Positions 34,830 to 46,372 of a stretch of DNA of 64,000 nucleotides are shown one piece after another. The stretch's first letter is position 1. Every line of letters begins with the position of its first letter. Below the pieces are notes generated by a model. That model worked only from the letters and a program-made list of their open reading frames with translations. It was not told the DNA's origin and made no database searches. The translations under genes were made by a program, and so were the position numbers. The stretch covers positions 1,240,001 through 1,304,000 of the forward strand of contig JANHCV010000002.1 in the NCBI GenBank assembly GCA_025594325.1. The letters run 5' to 3'. The DNA comes from Blastocladiella emersonii ATCC 22665 (lineage: Eukaryota; Fungi; Blastocladiomycota).

Positions 34830-37336
34830 TGTAGGGAGGGGAGGGGTGTGCGTCTAGCAGTAGTGGATGGTGGTGGGAGGGGACGGGTTGGATGTCGAAT
34901 GGCAAGTCTATGGTGCCATATCACGCCGGATCGGGGAAGACGGCGGCGGCGGCGGCAGCGGCGGGAGGCGGGAGCAAGTCGGGAAGGAGGGCAAGAGGGT
35001 GCAAGTAGTGCTAGGGGGAGTAGTGGTGGCGCCGAGGAGAGATGGTAGCGAGGGGGAGGAGGAAGAAGCGCGACGCGAGATGTCAACAAGGTGCGCGGCG
35101 TGCGTGGGAAGCGCGTCGGACTCGGCGGCAGTGCACCGGATGAGGCGGATGGAGGCGCGCGCAACAAGCAAGGGCGCGGGAGCTGGTGGTGGGGGTGGGG
35201 TGTGCCGGCGAGGACAGCGGGGATTGCGGCGCGAGCAGAGAGAAATGAGCGGCGCGTGGGCGGGCGGGCGGCCGGTCGGTCGTGCACGGAGGGAAGGCGG
35301 GAGACGAGGCGGATCGAGGTCGACGTGAAGCACGCGCGCGAGTGACGGGCGATGAGCGCTAGATGATACAGGGCAGATACTCGTGCGGACGGCCGACTGG
35401 AGAGAGGAAGACCGATGCCTGCCGGGGCGTGCGTGGGGGGCGCGCCGGCTCCTTATAGTGCACAACCTTCCTCTCTTGCGACCTCGCGCGCGCGAAGCGA
35501 AGGCGGGTGGGGGCGCCGGCGGCGGCGGCGGCGCTGCACGCTGCACGCTGCACGTCGTGCGGACACGGAAAGTTAAAGTCTAACTGCTAGAGAACAAAGC
35601 GTCGAGACCCGCTGGCGTGCCACCGCGCTCGCCACCGCGCTCACCCGTCTCGCCCGCATTCGCTGCTGTACCAGGCACTCTGCCGTCCGGCTTGCTTGCG
35701 ACCTGACCATGCCCGCGTCCAACGTGAAAGCACTCGAGCAAGCGAGCGACCACGGCCATCACGTCCATCATCACCGCGATCTTCCGCGTGACGGTGGGGC
35801 TCGCAAAATAGAGTTACACAACCAGAACGCAATCGGCACGATCGCAGCCCTCTTTCTCTCTTCTTCACGCGCAGGCTGAAATGTGAGCGAAGTCGCTCAT
35901 GAAGGAGCGTGTCCCATCGCGACGGCAGCGGAGACGCTCCGTCACCGAGCGGATCAGCGACCACCGCGGCGACAGCGAGCCGACCCGGCCCGGGCTCCGC
36001 TACCGAGTTGACTCGATCCGCGCCAGGTACGGGGCCGCGACCTGTGCCGACCGTTTCGGCCGGCGCTCCAACTCGAATCCGCGGCGCTCGGATGCGGCGA
36101 CGCCCGCAACGGGCACCGCGCGCGTGCACGAGTTGGCGGCCACGATCACCTTCGGCCGTGATCAGCCCGGCCATCTCGTCGATGGATGTTGGTCAGCGTC
36201 GCAATGTCGGTGTTGGCGTCGGCGGCGATGGTCCGCTTGGCGATGGTCGGCGGCCAGGGTCGCTGCGGCCCGCCGTCGCCGCGCTCGTGCCTGCCAATCC
36301 CGCGCGCCTCAACAACGTGGCCACGCGTGCGCGCGTGCGTACATGTCCCTGAGCGGCATATCTGGCCGAGCGGGGAGGAGCGGAACGTTCGCGAGCAGCA
36401 ACGGCGGCGGTGAAGTTGAGGGTGGTGGCGAAGCGCGAGACGCGCGGGACACCCCCTGACGCCGGATCAGGCCAGCGTCCGCAGGGTGACGCGCGGTGAC
36501 GCACGCCTGTCTCACGACGCGTCATTCAGTGCGCGACCAACAACAACCTTGTGCGTGGGCGGCGGCGGCGGCGTGACCGCGTGACGAGCGCTCCTTGTCC
36601 GTCCTGCCAGGATGGCCACGGTGGCCACCGCGACAGCTGCTCCGGCGGCGCCGGCCACGATCGTCTTCGCCCGGCACGGCACGGCGTCGACCACGGCGAC
36701 CGAGACGCGATGGCAGGGCCTGCCGTCGCCCACCGACCGTCGCTGACCGACCCGCGGCCAGCCCCCTAGACTCCAACTTCCCGCACTGGGAAGCGCCGCC
36801 ATCCGCCTTTGCGCAGCGTGCGGAATCGGCTGACAACGTGCACGCGCGCGCGCGCGGGGGTGCGAGTGGAACGGCGGCGGCGGCGGCGGCGGTGATTGAT
36901 CACGGCAGTGATGGCTCGCCCTCGGTCCGCCCGCCCGATCCGAATTGGAAGGGATCCGGTGGAACTGGGGGCGAGGGTTGTCGCGCTACGCTCGCGCGTG
37001 CGTGCGTGCGTGGGGGTGAATTGGCGGGAGTGCTGACCGTTTTCGCGAGGGAGGGGCGGCGGGTCCGCGAGCGTGTGCTGCGTGGTCAAGTTTCAGCGGT
37101 GTCGCTCATGCAGGCGTGAGTTCAGACGCCACGCTTGTTTGGATCGGCACCGCTCCCAACCTCTCGAGGGCAGCACACTCCGCACCGGGGTCAAAGACTA
37201 GGGCTCTACCACGTCATTACATGTCGTTGTACACACACACGCCGCTGACCTCGGGGACGAGACGGCGCCAGAGCAGGGATGAGAACAAAAAAGGGGGAGC
37301 TATATGGGGGAACAGGACACACTAGCACACACCGCC

Positions 37337-37816
37337 TTAGTTGCCCTTGGGGGCCTCCTTGTAGGTGATGGCGGCCTCCTCGCCCATGGCGGCGATGACC
37401 GTGATGAGCAGGTCCTTGCCCTCGTCGAAGTCGGCCTCGATCTGCTTGCCGAGGTCGCCCTCGGGCACCTTGACGTCGTCCTTGGTGGCGCCGTCGGCCG
37501 TCATGAGCGACAGGAAACCGTCATCGATGTTGATGAGCTGGTACTCCTCGCGCTTGACGTGGGGCACGTCCATGTTGTGGGTCGAGGGCGACACGTCCTC
37601 GAGCTTCTTGCCGGTGAAGATGTCGATGGCGACCATGTTCACCTTGGCGTGACCGTGCTTGCCGGTCTTGGAGGTCGACATGTCGACGATCTTGCAGGGA
37701 CGGCCCTTGATGACGACGTGGCCGTTCTTGCGCAGAGCAGAGCACTGCATGGGGTAGGTGAGCGAGGCACCGGCGCCGACGGCCGAGAAGTCGTGATCGT
37801 GCTCAGTGTCCGACAT
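37337..37816 (-). CDS. HYP2: translation factor eIF5A
   Basis: [13 protein letters not shown] and [13 protein letters not shown] (hypusine site). Probable 5'UTR intron 38001-37827 (GTATC...GCTAAC...CCCAG). Confidence 0.98.
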   Translation of the reverse strand: MSDTEHDHDFSAVGAGASLTYPMQCSALRKNGHVVIKGRPCKIVDMSTSKTGKHGHAKVNMVAIDIFTGKKLEDVSPSTHNMDVPHVKREEYQLINIDDGFLSLMTADGATKDDVKVPEGDLGKQIEADFDEGKDLLITVIAAMGEEAAITYKEAPKGN

Positions 37817-38586
37817 GGTGATGATTCTGGGAGAGCGGTGGCAGGGCGCGAGTCGTTAGCACGGGTGGCGCTCGCGATCGGGCAGCGGCGCAGCGGTGCG
37901 TCCAGTCCAGCGGGTGAGGCGAGAGCCGATACAGCGTCGGGCGAGGCGGGCGGCAGGCGCTCGCGCAGCACGGCGGACGCCGAAGTCAAAGTTGTTGATA
38001 CATGGTGTTGAGACCGCGCCACCCGCGACCGCTCGCGGACGGAGGTGGAACATCACGGGCGCGACAGGCAGCGCTGCGCCGCACACGGTGGCGGCGGAGC
38101 GACGGTCGTGTTGATGGTGCCGGTACGGGTGCCGCCGGCCGTGACTCCACTCGCTCTCGCAACGCTGCATCTGCGTCGACGTGCACGCTCGCTCGCACGC
38201 ACGGGCGCTGGACTGGACGCATCATGGGCCAGCACGCTCGTGAGTGCAACGTACACTTGGCGACAGGGGTGGGCAAGTAGAGGGAGAGAAGGAGCGGAGC
38301 GCGAGCCGAGATGCCCCGTTTCCGCCGCCACCGCGGCCGCCCGCTCGCTGCGTGCCCTGCGGCTTGCGCCCGCGTGATTGGTTCCGCCGTTGCTAGGGGC
38401 CTCCCGAGCCACGGTTCCTTGCACGTGCGGCGGCTGCCACACCTCGCAGTGCGGATCCGAGCTGTCACTCGGAATCACCTGATGGGCGCGTCGCCGATCC
38501 TTGCCTCAGAGGAGACGCGACTCTGGCCCTTGCAGTCCTACCTCTCTTCCCGCAAAGTAATCCATGTAACGAGTCAACGCAACGTC

Positions 38587-39594
38587 ATGCCAAGAGACCG
38601 CATCTTCTTCCTGCCCGACGCCGTGGTCGCCGACGCACCGGCCGGCTCGCGGCTCGTCTCCATGGAGCTCCCGCACGCCCGGACAGGCGTGCCGGCCACG
38701 TTTCTCGTCCTCGAGTCGGAGACGACGTCGGCGGGTGGACTGAACCCGGCGCCGACCGTCCCGCTGCAGCTGTATGCGCTCGAGCACGTCGAGAACCCGC
38801 AGTCCTACTTTATCGACGACGCCGTGGTCCAGGACGGCTCGTTCTCCGTGGCCACGCCGTTCGACGTCACCTTTCTCATGCTGCGGTTGCTGAGCGAGCG
38901 TGCTGCCGAGGTGCGCGCACGCTTGACCCACCCTCCTGCTCGACGCAGCGCGCGCTGATCCGCGTTCGCGTCCCCCGTAGCGCTTCGTGATGCTCGACGA
39001 CCTGTTCCACCACCAGGACTTCCCTGACCTCGAGTACCTGGCGCGATACCCCAACATCCCTGCCCTGCTCGAGACGCACCTGTGTGACACGTCGGCCGTG
39101 ACCCCGACCGACACGGCGTACCGCCTGTCGCCGGCCAAGGCGCACCGGTGGCTCCGCGCCAAGTGCGACGCGCTCGTCGCCGCTTTCACCGCGCGCACGC
39201 CCCTGCACCCGCCCGACAAGCTCGGCGCTGCGGACCCGACGCGGTGGCAGCGGCGCGCCGTGGCGACACTCGAGGCGTGGGTGGCCGACGCGTGGGTCCG
39301 CGAAGCGCTCCTGACGCACTTCGAGTTCCCCGAGGAGCGCAAGGCCGACGCCCTCGACCAGCTCCTCCACAAGGCCGTGTTCCAGGGACCTGGCGCCGCT
39401 CGGCGCGACTCGTCTGCGGCGGGCGACGAGGGACCTGCGACCAAGGTACGCGTTCCCGCCGACCGATGCGGTTCGACACCAGCTAACGCGTCTCTTCCGC
39501 GCCGTAGAAACCCAAGCCGGCGCCGGCCAAACCGCCAGCCAAGCTCGCCAAGGGCCAGCGCACCATCTCGTCGTTCTTTGGCAAGAAACCCTGA
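38587..39594 (+). CDS. RNH202: ribonuclease H2 subunit B, 2 introns
   Basis: LPHARTGVPATFL, SYFIDDAVVQDGSFSVATPFDVTFLML, FVMLDDL, YRLSPAKAHRWLRAK. The spliced last exon ends in PIP box QRTISSFF. Confidence 0.85.
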
Positions 39595-39946
39595 CGTAAT
39601 AGAGCATATCATTGCGTGACATGACGTTTTTCACGCTGGGCGCGCAGGCAGGCGGGAACCGAATCTGTGGGGAAGGGATGCACGCGCCAGGCTGAAACCG
39701 GGGCCGCGCGACGCCGCTCCTTCGGCTGACCGTCGAGCCGAATCTTCCGCGCGGCCGCGGCGACCGCGTCCCTGGACGGCTCCCACTCATCTCCACCTTT
39801 GTCAGCGCGCGCCAGCGTTGCCGACACCCGAGTGATAAGCCTCCGTCGGAGCCCTCGCGGCAGACGTTAAAAGGGCCCGGGCTCCCCGCGTCCCTGGCCT
39901 CGTCTCCTCCATCCCCATCCAACGCAACGACCTCTCCCATCCTACC

Positions 39947-41458
39947 ATGACATCGCCAACACTCGCGCCCTCGGGCACCCATGCATCGTCTTCTCCGGCG
40001 CCTGCCTACGACGCCGTGCCGACCACGTCGACGGTCGCGGCCGACCGCCACGTCGACGATCACCACCACCACGCGGGTTCGCACTACCACGCCGACCACG
40101 CCGAGGAGCAGGTCGACCTGTCGCACATCAGCAAGGCCGCTGAGGCGACCGTCGTCGACGAGACGTCTTCGGGCGACGACGGCGCGGACCTCAAGGGCGC
40201 GACTCCCGCGCCCGCGGCCGACCCGTACCCGGGCCAGATTGACGGCGGGTGGACGGCGTGGCTCGTGGTGCTGGCGTCGTTCCTGGCGCACCTGAGCGCC
40301 TTCTCGATCCAGTACAGCTACGGCATCTTCCAGGTGTGGTACCAGACGGTCGACTTCCCGACGGCGTCGCCCGCGTCGCTGTCGCTCGTCGGCACGCTGG
40401 GCCCGGCGTCCATGTTCGTCGCCGGGCTCGTGTCGGGGCGGCTCGCCGAGGAGCGCGGGTTCCGCCCCGTGATGACGCTCGGCGCCATCATTCTTGGTGC
40501 CGGCATGGTGCTGGCGAGTTTCGCGACCGAGGTGTGGCAGCTCGCGCTGACGCAGGGCGTCATGTACGGCGTCGGGTCGTCGCTCGTCTACTTCCCCGTG
40601 ATTGCGCTGCCGAACCAGTGGTTCAACAAGAAGCGGTCGCTCGCCGTCGGCCTCGCCGTGTCCGGGTCGGGCGTCGGCGGTCTGATCGGCGCCAACGCCG
40701 TGCAGGCGCTGCTGCCCGCGGTCGGGTCGGCGTGGACGCTGCGGATCCTCGGGATCGCGTCGTTCGCGCTGCTCATGGTCGCCGTGGCGCTGTCCGAGTC
40801 GCGCATCCCGACCAAGAAGCGCAATGACCCGATCATCGACTTCACGATGCTGCGCGACAAGCAGTTCCTGCTGATGCTGGTCGGCTCGTGCCTGATCCCG
40901 TTCGGCTACCTCACGCCCTTCTACTACCTGCCCGCGTACACGGTCAAGATCGCGCGCAAGGCCCCGTCCTTTGCCGCGTTCCTGCTCACGATCCTCAACG
41001 TGGCGTCGATCGTCGGACGCATTGCGACGGGCTACATTGCTGATAAGATTGGGAACATCAACTCTTTCATCATCTCGGTCATCGCCGCGGGCGTGACCAT
41101 GCTCGCCTTCTGGCTCCCCGCCGGCACCTCGTCGGCGCTGCTCATCATCTTCGCCATCACGTTCGGGTACCTCGCCGGCGGGTTCATCAGCCTCACGCCC
41201 GTCGTTGCCGCGCAGCTGTTCGGCATCGCGCGCCTGCCGTCGATGCTCGGCCTGCTGTACGCCGTGACGGCCATCGGCAACCTGTCCGGCAACCCCATTG
41301 CCGGCGCCATCATCGGGTCGGCCAGCCACGACGTGATGCCGTCGCGCGAGTACACGTGGGCCATTGTCTTCTCGGGCGCCATCATGATCCTCGGCACCGC
41401 GGGCACCGTGATCCTGCGGTTTGTCGTGCTCGAGCGCCGGTTCTGGGTGGCGCTGTAA
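39947..41458 (+). CDS. MFS monocarboxylate-transporter (SLC16/Mch-like) protein 1
   Basis: PGQIDGGWTAWLVVLASF, 12 hydrophobic segments, QWFNKKRSLAVGLAVSGSGVGG, GYIADKIG. His-rich N-terminus. Confidence 0.92.
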   Translation: MTSPTLAPSGTHASSSPAPAYDAVPTTSTVAADRHVDDHHHHAGSHYHADHAEEQVDLSHISKAAEATVVDETSSGDDGADLKGATPAPAADPYPGQIDGGWTAWLVVLASFLAHLSAFSIQYSYGIFQVWYQTVDFPTASPASLSLVGTLGPASMFVAGLVSGRLAEERGFRPVMTLGAIILGAGMVLASFATEVWQLALTQGVMYGVGSSLVYFPVIALPNQWFNKKRSLAVGLAVSGSGVGGLIGANAVQALLPAVGSAWTLRILGIASFALLMVAVALSESRIPTKKRNDPIIDFTMLRDKQFLLMLVGSCLIPFGYLTPFYYLPAYTVKIARKAPSFAAFLLTILNVASIVGRIATGYIADKIGNINSFIISVIAAGVTMLAFWLPAGTSSALLIIFAITFGYLAGGFISLTPVVAAQLFGIARLPSMLGLLYAVTAIGNLSGNPIAGAIIGSASHDVMPSREYTWAIVFSGAIMILGTAGTVILRFVVLERRFWVAL

Positions 41459-42082
41459 GCCGAGTTGCGCGTGATTTCATTCGCTTGGGTGTGAATATAG
41501 TGACTTATTTAGCTTAGACCTCGTCGTTGTGTGAGAGCTTGCGTGGAGACCGGCTGCGAGACGCGTCCATCTATCACGTGTGGTGTGTTCGCTCGAGTGA
41601 TCGGATCAAGTCGAGTCGGCGGCCACGATTCCGTGCACCCGTCGCCGCCCACGTCTACGACCTGCCCTGGTCTAGGACGGCCATGACCATGGTCGCGGCC
41701 GTCAGCGAGCCGCGGGGCCACCACCGGGCATATCGTCATCTTCGCAAGGCAGGCTCAGGCTTGGCAACGAGTCAAGTGCGCTGATCCGTTTCATCAGGGC
41801 GTCGGCCCGCTTCGGGTCGGCGACCGAGCAAATCCGAGGCGTCGCGCCGCGCCTTGTCCTCGGGCTCGGCTCCCTTGTCTCGCACGCGTGTCTCGCACCG
41901 CGCGAGTGTTGCCCCGCGCTGCCGCCGATCAGCCGTGCCGACGGCATCTGTGGTCAGCGTGGGCCCGCCGCCGATAAAAGGGCCGGGTTCGGCGGCCGCG
42001 AGCTCGCGGCGATCCCTTCTCCCCTATATCACCCCGCCCGCCCCCGCACTGCTACGGAATATATTATTGCTTGCTGCACACT

Positions 42083-43683
42083 ATGAATTCTCGCGAGGCA
42101 AACGCATCAACTATCAGCACCGACTCGACCGTGCCCATGGCACTTGAAGCCTCGGTGCCCGCGGGTCCCCTGCACGGCAAGCACTCGGCGACGACGCTGA
42201 CGATCGTCGACGAAGATGCCGTGACGGCGTCGCGCGAGGAGATCCACGTCAGCACCACCGCCGCCGGTGGCGACAACGCTGCGCCGGCGCCGCGCGGCGA
42301 GGCCGGCGACGGGTACCCCGGTCAGATCGACGGCGGGCTCACGGCGTGGATGCAGGTGTTCGCTGCGTTCCTCGTCTTCTTCGGCGTGTTTGCGTCCATG
42401 AACAGCTTCGGCCTGTACGCCAAGCGGTACCGCGACGTCGACTTCCCCGACGCCTCGCTCGCGTCCATCTCGCTAGCGGGCTCGCTGTCGCCCATGTTCA
42501 TGGCGCTCGCCGGCCCGTTCGCCGGTCGCATGGCCGAGACCGTCGGGTACCGCTGGACGCTGTTCACGCACGCCGTCGTGTCGACGCTCGCCCTCGTGCT
42601 CGCCAGTTTTGCCACCGAGATCTGGATGATCGCGCTCACCCAGGGCGCCCTGTACGGCGCCGCGTGCTCGCTCGGGATCAACACGGCGCCCGGCCTCGTC
42701 GCCCAGTGGTGGGCCAAGCGCCGCTCGCTCGCCATTGGTGTGGCCGTTGCTGGGTCGGGTGTTGGTGGGCTCGTCTGCGTCAATATCATCCAGGCCCTCC
42801 TCCCCGCCATCGGCTCGCCCTGGACCCTCCGCGTTATCGCCGCCGGTAACTTTGCCTTCCTCGCGGCGGCGGCCGCTATGGCGCGCCCGCGTCTCCCGCG
42901 CTTCTCCAAGATGGCGCCCGCCGGCGGGTCGGACGGCGACGAGGCGACCAAGAAGAAGCGCCGTCCGCTCATCGACATCTCGCACTTCAAAAACATCCGG
43001 TTCAACCTCCTGTTCGCCGGCCAGGCGCTCATCGGGTTCGGCTTCCTCACGCCCATCTATCGTATGCTTGCGTCACCCGCCATCCGCCCATCCTCACGAC
43101 CTCGCGCTGACAATCCTCCCACCCCCGCCGTCTAGTCATGCCTACGTACATTGCCGAGGTGACGCCGCACTCGCCAGCCTTTGCCGCGCTGCTGCTGACG
43201 CTGTTCAACGTGGCGTCCATTTTCGGGCGCATCACCATGGGCTGGCTGGCCGACCGGATTGGCAACGTGACGGCGCTCGCGCTGTCGTTTGTGCTGTCGG
43301 GCGTGTCGATCCTGACGACGTGGCTGTTTGCGGGCAGCAACCAGCCGCTGCTGATTGTGTTCATGTGCATCTTCGGGTACGCGTCGGGCGCCTTCTTCAG
43401 CATCACGCCGAGCTGCATCGCGCAGCTGTTCGGCGTCGCCACGCTGCCGTCGGTCGCGGGCCTGCTGAACACCAGCAGCGTGATCGGGTACCTGTTCGGC
43501 ACGCCCGTCGCGACCGCGCTCATCATGAACCGCGTCGGCGCCGACCCCGCGAGCTGGGCGTTCCCGTCCCAGCATTACGCGGGCGCCGTCGCGTTCGCTG
43601 GGTTCGTCATGTTCGCGGGCGGCGTCATCGTGTTCTGGCTCCGCTACGCTGTCATGGATCGCCGGTTCTTCATCAAGCTCTAG
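42083..43683 (+). CDS. MFS monocarboxylate-transporter (SLC16/Mch-like) protein 2
   Basis: Tandem paralogue: YPGQIDGGLTAW, QWWAKRRSLAIGVAVAGSGVGG, GWLADRIG. Intron 43062-43135. Confidence 0.9.
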
Positions 43684-43733
43684 ATTTTTGTGTGTGTTTT
43701 GGTTGGTCGGTTTTGTGTGATTCCCCCCACTTC

Positions 43734-44676
43734 TTATATAGCTGTCATATCTATGCGCAGCTCTCCCTGGATCGCGTCCGGCCAGCTCGAGTACGCGCGC
43801 TGAGTGAAGCTGCCGTCGTCGGGGCTCGGTTCCAGCGCAACGACGCGCCCCGTTTCGAGTTCGGCGGCCACGACGCCGTCCTTGATCCAAACCAAGTGGA
43901 CGACATCGGCTTCCTCCTCGTCGTCGCCGTCGTCGCCCACAATCTCGAGCGGCTCAACCTCGCCGCTGTCGACCCACGCCATGAGACACCCGCCTACTCG
44001 CCGTCCACTCGTCAGTTTCGCCTTCACCCCAGCGACATCAAGCGTGCGTACCCGCTCGCACCACAGTCCACCCATCCGCGACCACAACCTGCTCCGCGTC
44101 CATCCCCTCGACCGCTTCCACAACCTCGGGCACGCCGTGCCACGCAAAGTCCACGGCGTGGCCCAGCTGTCCGCGGTGGTTCCACCCGAACATGGCGACG
44201 TCGCGCGTCCGAGCGCGGATCGCGGCGAACGAGGACCGGCTGCCCGACAGCGACGCGTACAGCTCGCCGTCGACGCGTTCGAACTTCGAGGAGCCGGGTG
44301 CGCGGACGTAGATGTGGCCGGCGCGTGACGAGACGTCGGGCGCGACGAGAACGGCGAGGTGCCCGCTCGACAACGCGGCGGCGGCGAGGATGACCGAGTC
44401 GGCGAGGGCTGAGATCGAGTGCGACGAAGTCGCGGTCCAGCTGCGCGACGCGGGCGAGTACTCGTGCAGGTTGCGTGACGTGGTCCAGATCGAGGGCGAG
44501 GCCATGGCGATCAGGTCTTCGCCGTCGAAGGGCGATACGAGAGGCCGGAGCGACACACACTCTGCGGCAGCCGTGCCCGTGAACGGGTCGCGGCCAACGC
44601 ACCACCACGACGCCGGCGCGCGCATGGCCAGGACTGCCCCGCTTGCATGCGAGTAGACTGCATCAAGTCGCTTCAT
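43734..44676 (-). CDS. small RCC1/BLIP-II-like repeat protein
   Basis: MFGWNHRGQLG...PEVVEAVEG RCC1-type motif. One intron (GTACGC..TAG, ~44050-43995) joins an acidic last exon. Confidence 0.55.
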
Positions 44677-44743
44677 GGTTCAAGGAATGCATGCGCGTAT
44701 ATATGTACAAAGTGGGGAGAAGCTTGAGCTCTCAAGCAGGCTC

Positions 44744-45862
44744 TCAAGGGGACTGCTCGGCGAGCATCTCCTCAGCCATCACGTCCTCGCTGTCGTCGAC
44801 GGGCAGAATCTGCTCGGGGACGGGCTTCCCGTCCGTGCCGTGCATCTTGCGCTGGGCCCAGTAGCTCGCGCCGTACGAGACGAGGATCTCCTCGTCGGGG
44901 GCAATGGGCCGCGTCGCCACGTACATCGCGTGCCACATGTTGTTGACGGGCACGTAGAAGACCTCGCTGTTGATGAGCTCGCTCGGCCCGTCGTTGGCGA
45001 AGCGGAACCAGTTGCCCTTGAGCTTGGCGTCGATGCCGAGGTCCAGAATCTCGCCGGGCTTCTCCGGGTTCGGGATCTCGGAGAGGTACGTCCACACGTA
45101 GTCGGTCGTGAACGAGGCGTTGGTCAGGACGCCCGCGTACACGCCGAGCACGTCGCCGCGGCGGATGTGCGTCGACGCGAACAGGCCGTAGCCGCGCACC
45201 GCGTCCGTGAAGCTGACGTAGAAGCGCTGGTCGCCGCCGGTCCCGCGCTGCGCCCACGACGAGAACTGCTTGATGCGCAGCGTGATCTCGGCCGGGTCCG
45301 CCTTGCCGTACTCGTCATCGTCGATGTTGTGCGCGTCGATGATGGGCTTGATCGACGGCTCCACCTCCATGTTGTGGATCGGCACCACGCCGAGGTGCGT
45401 CAAAAAGTGCTCCATGCCGTACTTGACGCACGGCGTGACGATGGCCGGCGGCGTCTCCTGCTGCTTGAGCTGCTTCTGCTGCGCGGCCAGCAGCTCGGCC
45501 AGCGAGGCCGTCAGCCGCGCGTTGCTCGCCACCGTCTCGTCGTGCACCCGGCGGAGCGCGTCGTTGGACGACACGAGACGGTCGACGGTCGACGCCAGCT
45601 CCTGCAGCGCCACGGGAGACACGGTTTGCTGCTGCGGGACCGCCGGGCGGGACTTCTCGAAGAGCGACGGCAGGCGAATGCCTGTCGTGTCGGTCGAGAT
45701 GCCGAGCAGCTGTGATGCGAGCATTATCACGGCGAGCGACGCGAGCAGCGTCACGACGCCCTGCGGGACCACCGACGCCGTCTTCTTGACAATGTACATG
45801 GCGGGGTCTGACAGGCGGCGCTGCTTGGTCGGCGTCGTGGCGGGGCGGATGGCTGATGACAT
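44744..45862 (-). CDS. SET-domain protein with N-terminal transmembrane helix and coiled coil
   Basis: TM segment VVTLLASLAVIMLASQLLGI. SET motifs RGYGLFA, GDVLGVYAG, IDAKLKGNWFRFAND, PDEEILVSYGASYW. ATG at 45862. Confidence 0.85.
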   Translation of the reverse strand: MSSAIRPATTPTKQRRLSDPAMYIVKKTASVVPQGVVTLLASLAVIMLASQLLGISTDTTGIRLPSLFEKSRPAVPQQQTVSPVALQELASTVDRLVSSNDALRRVHDETVASNARLTASLAELLAAQQKQLKQQETPPAIVTPCVKYGMEHFLTHLGVVPIHNMEVEPSIKPIIDAHNIDDDEYGKADPAEITLRIKQFSSWAQRGTGGDQRFYVSFTDAVRGYGLFASTHIRRGDVLGVYAGVLTNASFTTDYVWTYLSEIPNPEKPGEILDLGIDAKLKGNWFRFANDGPSELINSEVFYVPVNNMWHAMYVATRPIAPDEEILVSYGASYWAQRKMHGTDGKPVPEQILPVDDSEDVMAEEMLAEQSP

Positions 45863-46372
45863 GGTGGTTGATGGAAGGGGTCTCGTTGCCAGCAACGAAG
45901 ACGCGGAGTAGTTTGTGTATGGAGAGAATCGAGGGCGGGCGCCGGCTCCTTTTGAGGCCGCGCTCGCTTCTCGAACTCGGCGACACCGTGCGGTTGTCCC
46001 TTTCATCACCGCTTCCACTCGCGTGTCCCCATTATAGCGCTCATTTGCGGGGGCGGTGGTGCTTGAGGCTGGTGATGGTGGCTTTGATGGCGACCGACGC
46101 GTGCAATGCTGCGCCACCTTGTCGAGTCCGCGCGGTCACCTGGCCGGCGCCCCCGCGTGAGCATCAGCTGATGTTCGACGCGACGCGTCGCGCGTTCGCT
46201 TTTCGCCGCCGCTCAAAACCTCGAGCAAGGTTTGCACTGAGCCCACGCTCTCGTATCTTTCCGCCACCATTGCAACGTATTCGCACCTAGACTAGGCTGC
46301 ACGTCCGGCCTGCTCATTCATTTCCTCATCTCCTTCGCATTGCTACACCCACATCCACTATCTTGCATCACC

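Noticed and set aside
39466-39485. GGTTCGA T-loop-like motifs here and at ~13171
   Set aside because: No cloverleaf or A-box. The first lies inside an RNase H2B intron.
25439-43683. Zn2Cys6 factor + MFS pair (+ distant 2OG oxygenase) as a secondary-metabolite cluster
   Set aside because: They are separated by housekeeping genes (CCT5, KIN1, eIF5A, RNase H2B), and there is no backbone synthase in the window.
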